From: Thermodesulfobacteriota bacterium
GTDB taxonomy: Bacteria > Desulfobacterota_D > UBA1144
Direction: 5' to 3'
NCBI GenBank assembly: GCA_029246845.1
Contig: JAQWMJ010000052.1
Coordinates: 1-10,065, forward strand
DNA length: 10,065 bases
Below the pieces are notes generated by a model. It was not told the DNA's origin. It did no database searches and was given only the letters and a program-made list of their open reading frames with translations. Position 1 is the first letter of the stretch. The number at the start of each line of letters is the position of its first letter. The position numbers and the translations under genes are program-made. Positions 1-6,939 of this stretch are shown here, one piece after another.

Positions 1-2
1 AT

Positions 3-1394
3 GTTATAACTGATAATCAGTTGATTGAGATTCGTTATTCTGGAGCACCTGCTAAGTACTTAAGGATTTTTAAAGCTTTTTATTTTTCTATGTTTTTTAA
101 TCTAATAATATCTGCCTGGATAATCAGTGCTTTTCTTAAAATCTTTGATGTTATATTGGGTTTTGATAGCACAGCATTGTTGGTAATAGTTACATTTGTT
201 GCCTTATTCTATTCAACATCTTCAGGGCTAAAAGGCATTGTAATTAATGACTTTATTCAATATTTCGTTGCCTTTGCAGGCTCAATAATCTTAGTGGTTT
301 TCTTAATTAATTCAGACAAAATAGGTGGAATTGGAAATTACTTTAGCCTGGTTAAAAGTCTTTCACCAGAAAAGTTATCTATGATTCCTTCAATCTTTAA
401 TAGGGGGGACTTTATGCTTTTCTTGAGCTATTCAACAATAGTCTGGTGGTCCTCTCATAATTCTGATGGTGGAGGCTATATAATTCAAAGACTCTGCTCA
501 GCTAGGTCTGAAAGAGACGGTGTCCTGGGTACCATTTGGTTTGTGTTGAATCACTATGTATTAAGGTTTGCACCTTGGATAGTGATAGGTTTATGTGCTT
601 TAATACTTTATCCCACTGAAGGTTCCATGCTAGCCGACACTGAGGAGATTTATCCTCTTTTAATTAGGGACCATGTATCAGACGGTTTCAGGGGTTTCTT
701 GATTGTTACTCTTCTTGCCGCATACATGTCTACAATTAGTACTCAAATTAATTGGGGTTCATCTTATTTAGTAAACGATTTATATAAGAGATTTTATGTT
801 GGCGATAAAAGTGAAGAGCATTATGTCTTCGTATCAAAAATATTTACTATAATCTTTTTATTCCTAGCATTATTCGTAGGTATAGGAATTAAGAATATAG
901 GCTCAGCATGGATATTTCTCTGGTCTGTAAGCTCAGGTCTTGGTTTCTTTCTAATTGCAAGGTGGTTTTGGTGGAGAATTAATTCTTGGTCTGAAATATC
1001 TGCTTTAATTTGTTCTGTGTTTCTAAGTGGAACTTTCTATTTTTTAGACTACTTAGGCCTTATATCTATAAGTTTTACTCTAAAGCTAATAATTATACCA
1101 ATATCAATCCTTGTTGGTTTGATTGTTACAATTATCACTAGTCCTGAAGATGATAAGGTTCTGGATAATTTTTATAATAAAATTCGGCCAGACGGATTTT
1201 GGAAACAAAACAAAAGTAAAAGTATTAGTAAAATTGGAGCACCTTTATTTAAAGCCCTGAAGCTTAGTGTATCAATACTGATACTGATATATGCAATCAT
1301 AGAAATAGCTACAGGCAATTTCTTTTCAGGAATCGTAGCTTTATTTGCGGGATTTTTTCTTTTGATTCAAATTGTTAGAAGTATTGAGGATTAA
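3..1394 (+). CDS. Sodium:solute symporter (SSS/SLC5) family transporter, 5'-truncated by the window edge; substrate unknown
   Basis: The frame is open from position 3 (VITDNQLIEIRYSG), so TTG at 21 is not the true start. Many hydrophobic TM segments. SSS motifs: E-x-RY, SGLKGIVINDFIQY, YIIQRLCSARSE, LLAAYMSTISTQINWGSSYLVNDLY. Stop TAA 1392-1394. Confidence 0.93.
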   Translation, partial: VITDNQLIEIRYSGAPAKYLRIFKAFYFSMFFNLIISAWIISAFLKIFDVILGFDSTALLVIVTFVALFYSTSSGLKGIVINDFIQYFVAFAGSIILVVFLINSDKIGGIGNYFSLVKSLSPEKLSMIPSIFNRGDFMLFLSYSTIVWWSSHNSDGGGYIIQRLCSARSERDGVLGTIWFVLNHYVLRFAPWIVIGLCALILYPTEGSMLADTEEIYPLLIRDHVSDGFRGFLIVTLLAAYMSTISTQINWGSSYLVNDLYKRFYVGDKSEEHYVFVSKIFTIIFLFLALFVGIGIKNIGSAWIFLWSVSSGLGFFLIARWFWWRINSWSEISALICSVFLSGTFYFLDYLGLISISFTLKLIIIPISILVGLIVTIITSPEDDKVLDNFYNKIRPDGFWKQNKSKSISKIGAPLFKALKLSVSILILIYAIIEIATGNFFSGIVALFAGFFLLIQIVRSIED

Positions 1395-1397
1395 AAT

Positions 1398-1721
1398 TTA
1401 AACTGTAAAGGATGATCCACAACCACATGAAGCTTTAGCATTAGGGTTTTCAATTCCAAAACCTGTTCCGTTTAAACCATCGGAGAAATTAAGAGTTCCT
1501 CCCTCTAGGTGAGTGAAGCTAAATTTATCTATAACAACTCTTACATTAGAATTTTCGAAAACCTGATCTGAATCGTCAACTGAATCATCAAACCCCATCT
1601 CATATGAAAAACCCGAACAGCCTCCAGGAACTACTTTGATTCTCAAGAAAGACTCGGAAGACTCTTCGTCAACAAGAAGTCTAGTTATCTCACCAACAGC
1701 TTTTTCACTTATATTAAACAT
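1398..1721 (-). CDS. erpA: A-type iron-sulfur cluster carrier protein (HesB/IscA/ErpA family)
   Basis: 107 aa with GGCSGFSY and C-terminal NPNAKASCGCGSSF, i.e. the three conserved Cys. The stand-alone location outside an isc/suf operon favours ErpA, but ErpA vs IscA/SufA cannot be settled by eye. Confidence 0.92.
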   Translation of the reverse strand: MFNISEKAVGEITRLLVDEESSESFLRIKVVPGGCSGFSYEMGFDDSVDDSDQVFENSNVRVVIDKFSFTHLEGGTLNFSDGLNGTGFGIENPNAKASCGCGSSFTV

Positions 1722-1757
1722 ATATATAATAATAAGTAATTAGCATATACTTGGCAA
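1722..1757 (-). promoter_or_regulatory. Putative sigma70 promoter for erpA (probably leaderless)
   Basis: The minus strand reads TTGCCA (1757-1752), 17 nt, TATTAT (1734-1729), 7 nt, ATG (1721). No Shine-Dalgarno. Confidence 0.6.
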
Positions 1758-1762
1758 TATTT

Positions 1763-1797
1763 TTGTTTGGATAATTAATGCTGTATATTATTTTTTA
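1763..1797 (+). promoter_or_regulatory. Putative sigma70 promoter for the peptidase-mazG unit (probably leaderless)
   Basis: TTGTTT (1763-1768), 17 nt, TATTAT (1786-1791), 6 nt, ATG (1798). No Shine-Dalgarno. The AT-rich context weakens the match. Confidence 0.5.
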
Positions 1798-2907
1798 ATG
1801 AAAGTCATGAATTTAATCTACGATGATACTAAGAATTCATCTGATTTGCTATATAGAACAAGATTTAAAGCACCTGACCCTATTATTTTCTTTGAAATTA
1901 GAAAAAAGAAATATTTAGTTCTAAATGATTTAGAGATTCAAAGAGGGAAAAAGCAGGCTATGGTAGATGAAATCTTATCTCTTAGAGAGATATCTGAAGA
2001 AATAAAAAGTAATCAGATTGTTGATATCATTAAAGCATTGATAAAGAAATTTAATGTTTCTAAAGTAAAAGTACCCTACAGTTTCCCATCTTATGTATTT
2101 AATGAGATAAAGAAATTTAAGATTAAAATTGAAGTTTCCAGTAGTCCAATTTTTTTTAAGTCACGCCTAATAAAAGATTCAAACGAGATTAACAAAATAA
2201 AAAATACAATGAAGTTGACCGAACTAGTCTTAGTTAAAATTATTGATAAGATAAAATATTCTAAAGTTAGAAATAATTTTCTTTATCTAGACAATAAAAT
2301 CCTCACCTCCCAGATTCTCAGAAGTTTTTGTCAAAAAGAATTAGCTTCGCTTGGTCTAGAGTGCCCAGATTGTATTATTTCATCTGGAAAAGACTCTGCG
2401 TTGCCACACCATGAAGGGTTTGGCCCTATAAAAGAATCTTCACCAATTATTCTTGATATCTTTCCACGTAATATAGAAAGTGGATATTTTGCTGATATTA
2501 CAAGAACTGTAATTAAAGGAAAGCCAAGTGATATTCTAAAAGATATGTTTCAGGTTGTACTTCAAGGGCAAAAGATAGGGGTTCAACTAGTTAAAGCAGG
2601 TAGAAATTCTAAGACAATCCATAACTCTATAAAAGATTTCTTTGATGACTCCGGTTTTCATACAGATTTCGCTAAGAATAATCCCGATGGATTTATACAT
2701 TCCACAGGCCATGGATTAGGTCTGGACATTCACGAGCCACCAAGGGTCTCATCATTAAGTGAAGTATTAAAATCTAATAATGTAATTACAATTGAACCCG
2801 GACTTTACTATCCTAAAATTGGGGGAATTAGAATAGAAGACACTGTTGTTGTTACTGAAAAGGGTTGTAGGAACTTAACCTCTTTCCCTAAAATATTTGA
2901 GATATGA
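1798..2907 (+). CDS. Xaa-Pro peptidase / aminopeptidase P family metallopeptidase (M24B)
   Basis: All five pita-bread-fold metal ligands are present: ILDIFP (D), YFADITRT (D), HSTGHGLGLDIHE (H), TIEPGLY (E), GIRIEDTV (E). Also the ALPHH substrate His and an N-terminal creatinase-like domain. Confidence 0.95.
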   Translation: MKVMNLIYDDTKNSSDLLYRTRFKAPDPIIFFEIRKKKYLVLNDLEIQRGKKQAMVDEILSLREISEEIKSNQIVDIIKALIKKFNVSKVKVPYSFPSYVFNEIKKFKIKIEVSSSPIFFKSRLIKDSNEINKIKNTMKLTELVLVKIIDKIKYSKVRNNFLYLDNKILTSQILRSFCQKELASLGLECPDCIISSGKDSALPHHEGFGPIKESSPIILDIFPRNIESGYFADITRTVIKGKPSDILKDMFQVVLQGQKIGVQLVKAGRNSKTIHNSIKDFFDDSGFHTDFAKNNPDGFIHSTGHGLGLDIHEPPRVSSLSEVLKSNNVITIEPGLYYPKIGGIRIEDTVVVTEKGCRNLTSFPKIFEI

Positions 2908-3667
2908 TTTGAGTGATATAGCAAAAGAATTAAGGAATTTAATAAGGACCACGAAGGCTTTAAGAGCTAAAAATGGATGCCCCTGGGATAAAAAGCAAAC
3001 CTTTGAAACATTAAGGACTTATGTAATAGAGGAAGCTTATGAGGTTGTCGAGGCAATAGATAGTGAAGATATCTTAAACTTAAAGGAAGAGGTGGGTGAT
3101 CTTCTCTTGCAAGTTTTATTTCTATCAAATATTGCGGAAGAAAAAAATTTATTCAATCTAAGCCACGTCCTTGTTGCTCTAAACGATAAACTAATTAGAC
3201 GTCACCCACATGTTTTTGGTGATAGAAAAGCTCAGGACGAAGAAGAAGCATTAAGTATATGGAACGAGCAAAAATCTAAAGAGAATAAAAACAAGAGCAA
3301 TGAATTCTCAAAATTTGCTCCTTCGTTAATTCGTGCAATAGACATCTCTAAGTCGTATTCTAAGTCTGGTCTAGATTTTCCATCTGAAGAAAGTATTTTA
3401 CTAAAACTAGCTTCTGAAATAAAGGAGTTCAAGGAAGCGAGTTTATCTAAAGATGCAGCTAGTATAGAAGATGAGCTAGGGGATATATTGTTTACTGTTG
3501 CTAATATTTGTAGAATAAAAAAAGTTAATCCTGAAATTGCATTAAATAATAGTAGTGACAAGTTCAATGAAAGAGCAAAGATATTTTTAAGATTAAGGTC
3601 TGAAGGCGCGAAAGATGAAGACGCATGGGATAAAGCTAAATTAATTCTTAATGAAAGAAGCAAGTAG
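2897..3667 (+). CDS. mazG: Nucleoside triphosphate pyrophosphohydrolase MazG (tandem two-domain type)
   Basis: LRAKNGCPWDKKQT, IEEAYEVVEAI, LKEEVGDLLLQV, KLIRRHPHVF, and a second domain with EDELGDILF...NPEIAL...KF. The start is TTG 2897 or in-frame TTG 2909, just after the peptidase stop at 2907. Confidence 0.95.
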   Translation: MRYDLSDIAKELRNLIRTTKALRAKNGCPWDKKQTFETLRTYVIEEAYEVVEAIDSEDILNLKEEVGDLLLQVLFLSNIAEEKNLFNLSHVLVALNDKLIRRHPHVFGDRKAQDEEEALSIWNEQKSKENKNKSNEFSKFAPSLIRAIDISKSYSKSGLDFPSEESILLKLASEIKEFKEASLSKDAASIEDELGDILFTVANICRIKKVNPEIALNNSSDKFNERAKIFLRLRSEGAKDEDAWDKAKLILNERSK

Positions 3668-4840
3668 CTTATGACCATCATCATGGATTAAGCTTGATTC
3701 GTTTGCTGATCTTTCGCTAAATGTGGTTTGGTTATGCTTGTTTTTGTTTAATCTAGAATCAAAGATTAAGTATGGTACATATTCGTAACTATGAGTTCTT
3801 ATATCTACCGGTGTAGGATGATCAGATACAATACAGATCTTATATTCATCATGCCCTGCTTTGAGTCCTTCCATTATAGGACCTACTACTTTTTCATCAA
3901 GGTCACATATTGCCTGAATTTTCTTTTCATAGTCTCCTTCATGTCCCGTTTCATCCGGAGCTTCTATGTGAATCATGCAGAAGTCATCTTTTTTTAAACT
4001 CTCAAGTGCAGCACTAACCTTGCCCTTATAATTTGTATCTAAATACCCTGTTGCACCTTCTACATTAAGCACATTTAGTCCGCTTAGTTTGCCAATTCCT
4101 TTGATTAGGTCGACCGCAGAAATTACAGAACCATTTATTTTATGAATAGAGCTAAAATGGGGTAATGTAGGTTTTTTTCCTTGCCCCCAAAGCCAGATGT
4201 CGCTACAATCTGAATTTTTCAACTCAGGCATAAGATTTTTTACCTTTTTTATTTTAATTCTAGCTTGTCTCATTAAATCTCTTAATCTAACAGAGCCAGG
4301 GCCTGTTGGCAGATACTGAATAATATCTTTTTCAAGTATGTCATGAGGGGGGGTAGTTTCCATATTATTACAGCCACCTTTCCAAACTAAAATATGTCTA
4401 TAACTAACCCCTTGATATAATTTGAACTCAGCGTCTTCGAGCTCTTCTCTTAAAGCACTTATAATTTTCTTGGATACCTCTGTATCTATATGTCCGGCTG
4501 AATGATCATTCATAAATTCTTTTCCATTCTTATTTACAATATTAACTAAATTGCACCTGTAGCATATATCGGCTGGCTCTAAATCAATACCTATACTTTC
4601 TGCTTCAATAGGTGACCTACCTGTAAAATATTCCTCCGGGTTATATCCTAAGACACTTAGATTGCCTACGTCACTGCCAGACTTCATTCCTTTAGGTATA
4701 TGATTGACTGTACCCATTTCGGATAATTGTACTAATTGGTCCATAAAAGGAGTTTTTGCAGCTTCTAATGGCGTCTTTCCTTGAAGCTCCTCTAATGGTC
4801 TGTCAGGCATTCCATCAGCTTGAATTAAAACAAACTTCAA
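3641..4840 (-). CDS. apgM: Cofactor-independent phosphoglycerate mutase, ApgM/archaeal type (alkaline phosphatase superfamily; includes the 'proposed homoserine kinase' subfamily)
   Basis: DGMPDRPLEELQGKTPLEAAKTP, catalytic Ser in GSDVGNLSVLGY, TGRSPIEA, metal-binding HIEAPDETGHEG, SDHPTP and RTHS. The TTG start overlaps the lipA TGA (TTGA 4840-4837). SD-like AAAGGTG upstream. Confidence 0.92.
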   Translation of the reverse strand: MKFVLIQADGMPDRPLEELQGKTPLEAAKTPFMDQLVQLSEMGTVNHIPKGMKSGSDVGNLSVLGYNPEEYFTGRSPIEAESIGIDLEPADICYRCNLVNIVNKNGKEFMNDHSAGHIDTEVSKKIISALREELEDAEFKLYQGVSYRHILVWKGGCNNMETTPPHDILEKDIIQYLPTGPGSVRLRDLMRQARIKIKKVKNLMPELKNSDCSDIWLWGQGKKPTLPHFSSIHKINGSVISAVDLIKGIGKLSGLNVLNVEGATGYLDTNYKGKVSAALESLKKDDFCMIHIEAPDETGHEGDYEKKIQAICDLDEKVVGPIMEGLKAGHDEYKICIVSDHPTPVDIRTHSYEYVPYLIFDSRLNKNKHNQTTFSERSANESSLIHDDGHKLLASFIKN

Positions 4841-5763
4841 TTGATGACACCTTTTTCTAGATTTGACTTTGCATTTTTTAATTGCGATTCCGCATGATAA
4901 GAACTTCTAACCATTGGACCGCATTCAGCACTGATAATATTATTTTTTTGTTCAGAATACTTCTTTATTTCTTCAAATTCTTTTGGTGTATAGAACTTTG
5001 AAACATTAATGAAATCTTTAGAGGGCTGAAGGTATTGGCCTACTGTAATAATTTGACACCCTACAGAGTTTAAATCATTAATGCATTCAAATATCTCATC
5101 CTCGGTTTCCCCAAGTCCAATCATTATCCCAGATTTAGTAACTATATTTTTTGCTTCACTAAAGAATTTTAAAAGTGATAGTGATCTTTCGTATATAGCT
5201 TGAGGCCTAACAGCTCTTTTGATATCTGTACCGGTACTTTGCTTAAATCTATAAAGTCTATTGACTGTTTCGATGTTATGATTAACCACGTCTGGCTTAG
5301 CTTCAAGTATCAACTTATAGCATTCTTCATCACCTAGAAAGTCTGGGATTAAAACTTCGATTTTAATATCCAAATCAAGATTTTTAATTTCTTTAATTGA
5401 ATCTGCAAATATTCTTGCGCTTTCATTATTTTTATCGTCCCTATTTACTGAGGTTAAAACAATATGATTTATCAATGCGTTGTTGTTTTTTAAGTCAAGA
5501 ATTCCTCTAGCTAATCTTTTAGGTTCTAGATAATCAATGTTTAGACCTCTGCCAGTTTTTACAGCACAAAAACCACAACTTCGACTGCAAGTATCACCTA
5601 AAATCATAAAAGTTAGCGTTCCTAAGCTCCAGCATTCTCCAATATTTGGACACTTAGCCTCTACACAAACAGTATTAAGCTTATTTTTTGAAACTATAGA
5701 TTTAAGGTCGTTAAAGTTGCTCCCAGTTGGGATCTCTGATTTTATCCAAGCTGGTTTTCTCAT
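4837..5763 (-). CDS. lipA: Lipoyl synthase (radical SAM, two [4Fe-4S] clusters)
   Basis: CX4CX5C (CVEAKCPNIGEC), CX3CX2C (CSRSCGFC), TSVNRDD, NHNIETV, TKSGIMIGLGE, GQYLQPS and the C-terminal VRSSYHA Ser ligand. ATGA overlap with the upstream gene (5763-5760). Confidence 0.98.
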   Translation of the reverse strand: MRKPAWIKSEIPTGSNFNDLKSIVSKNKLNTVCVEAKCPNIGECWSLGTLTFMILGDTCSRSCGFCAVKTGRGLNIDYLEPKRLARGILDLKNNNALINHIVLTSVNRDDKNNESARIFADSIKEIKNLDLDIKIEVLIPDFLGDEECYKLILEAKPDVVNHNIETVNRLYRFKQSTGTDIKRAVRPQAIYERSLSLLKFFSEAKNIVTKSGIMIGLGETEDEIFECINDLNSVGCQIITVGQYLQPSKDFINVSKFYTPKEFEEIKKYSEQKNNIISAECGPMVRSSYHAESQLKNAKSNLEKGVIN

Positions 5764-6059
5764 AACCTTTTATCATCCCTCGAAACACTACCACTCTCCA
5801 GAGCTGCTATTTGTTTCTTCAACTCATTGTTTTTTAAGCTTTTTCTATAAAGGCTAGATCCAATAAGGATTAATGATATGAGAGACCCTAGAATAAAGGC
5901 AGAAATCATTAGAATAGAATTATTCATTTGAATATCAGTTATTTGAAAGATTTTCATGTCATAGTTAATCGAAAAAGCATGAATAAATATAAGTTGATTT
6001 TGAAAGATAAAAGTGATTGAAGCAATAAATAAGAGTATTATGAGCAAAGTTTTTAGCAT
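5760..6059 (-). CDS. lapA: Small inner-membrane protein, LapA (lipopolysaccharide assembly protein A / DUF1049) family
   Basis: 99 aa: N-terminal TM helix ending in FIFQN, short loop, second TM helix (LMISAFILGSLISLILI), then a basic coiled-coil tail (RKSLKNNELKKQIAALE). This is LapA architecture, and the position after the cmk/sppA cluster is typical. Confidence 0.7.
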   Translation of the reverse strand: MLKTLLIILLFIASITFIFQNQLIFIHAFSINYDMKIFQITDIQMNNSILMISAFILGSLISLILIGSSLYRKSLKNNELKKQIAALESGSVSRDDKRL

Positions 6060-6075
6060 AGAATACAGTTTAACA
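6060..6075 (-). promoter_or_regulatory. Putative internal extended -10 promoter for lapA-lipA-apgM (leaderless)
   Basis: The minus strand reads TG-T-TAAACT (6075-6067), 7 nt, ATG (6059), filling the 19-nt gap after the sppA stop. No SD. Confidence 0.5.
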
Positions 6076-6078
6076 TAT

Positions 6079-6939
6079 TTAGAATTTAGGTGAATAAAGG
6101 TAGTAAAGCTTTTTATTTAGCATATTCGTTATTGCTGAGTTATCTATAGAAGGAATTATTCTATCAAGAAGTTTCTCTTCTTTCTTAGGGTAATACTCTA
6201 TGCTTAGATCCTCAATCTCTACTTCTCTCTTGATATATATGATAGCCGCTTCAAGTCCACCAATCTTATCGATTAATTTAAGTTCAAGCGCTTGGTTGCC
6301 AGAAAAAACTCTACCATCAGATACCAAATTAGATTCGTCTTCTGTTAAACCTCTTCTATCTGCAACACTTTTTTTAAACTGCTGATGGATATCGCTAACC
6401 AGCAAATTAAGTAACTTTTTTTCTTTATTATTTAAACTCCTAGTCGGACTACTAAGGTCTTTCATTTCACCAGACTTGATGACTTCAATATCAAACTTTA
6501 GAAACTTGATAAGTTTAGAAAAATTATAATATTGACTAATTACACCAATACTCCCAGTTATTGATCCGGCGTTAGCAAAAATATAGGAAGTTCCACAGGC
6601 TATTAAATATCCACCAGAGGCGCCTATATCAACAATACTTGCAACTGTAGGTATTTTCTTTGAAAGCTTAATTAATGAATTATGTATCTCCTGCGATGAA
6701 CCAACAGTCCCACCAGGAGAGTCTATTCTGACTATCACGCCTTTAACCGAAGAGTCCTCAGAAATTTCTTTGATGCTATTCAAGTATTCCTTTGGATTTT
6801 TTATAACCCCATGAATTTCTATTACTGCTATTCTTTCACTAGGCGAAAGAGAAAGCATTGCACTAATAATAAATAGGGCTAGTATTAGAAGAATTGCCAC
6901 TTTCTTTAAACTTAATTTTTTTTTAGCTTCATCCGGCAT
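6079..6939 (-). CDS. sppA: Signal peptide peptidase SppA, short 36K type (peptidase S49)
   Basis: N-terminal TM anchor, VRIDSPGG, catalytic Ser in GASGGY, TGSIGVI, Lys in KSGEMKD, DGRVFSGNQA, LIDKIGG. Start revised from 6954 to ATG 6939 (MPDEAKK) because GGAG lies 6 nt upstream. Confidence 0.95.
   Translation of the reverse strand: MPDEAKKKLSLKKVAILLILALFIISAMLSLSPSERIAVIEIHGVIKNPKEYLNSIKEISEDSSVKGVIVRIDSPGGTVGSSQEIHNSLIKLSKKIPTVASIVDIGASGGYLIACGTSYIFANAGSITGSIGVISQYYNFSKLIKFLKFDIEVIKSGEMKDLSSPTRSLNNKEKKLLNLLVSDIHQQFKKSVADRRGLTEDESNLVSDGRVFSGNQALELKLIDKIGGLEAAIIYIKREVEIEDLSIEYYPKKEEKLLDRIIPSIDNSAITNMLNKKLYYLYSPKF

Noticed and set aside
1751..1767. Sigma54-like element TTGGCA-ATATTT-TTGTT
   Set aside because: The spacing is right, but it is GG-N10-GT instead of GG-N10-GC, and the same bases are explained as the two sigma70 -35 boxes.
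2897..3667. mazG as part of a toxin-antitoxin or anti-phage system
   Set aside because: This is the housekeeping two-domain form; no mazEF or defence genes are adjacent.
3232..3684. 150-aa minus-strand ORF
   Set aside because: Antisense shadow of mazG; Ser/Leu/Phe-rich as expected from the reverse complement of Glu/Lys codons, with no motif.
3791..3997. 68-aa plus-strand ORF
   Set aside because: Lies wholly antisense to the conserved metal-binding region of apgM, with no recognisable features.
4347..4353. G7 homopolymer as a possible phase-variation tract in apgM
   Set aside because: It encodes the conserved T-P-P-H motif in frame and is too short to imply switching.
5537..5857. 106-aa plus-strand ORF
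   Set aside because: Antisense to the lipA Cys motifs and the lapA tail, with no independent support.
6200..6385. 61-aa plus-strand ORF
   Set aside because: Antisense shadow of sppA.
6916..6924. T9 tract (A9 on the coding strand) near the sppA start as a slippage site or ispH-sppA fusion signal
   Set aside because: It encodes the basic KKK before the TM anchor, lies after the ispH stop, and is expected in AT-rich DNA; both genes are intact.
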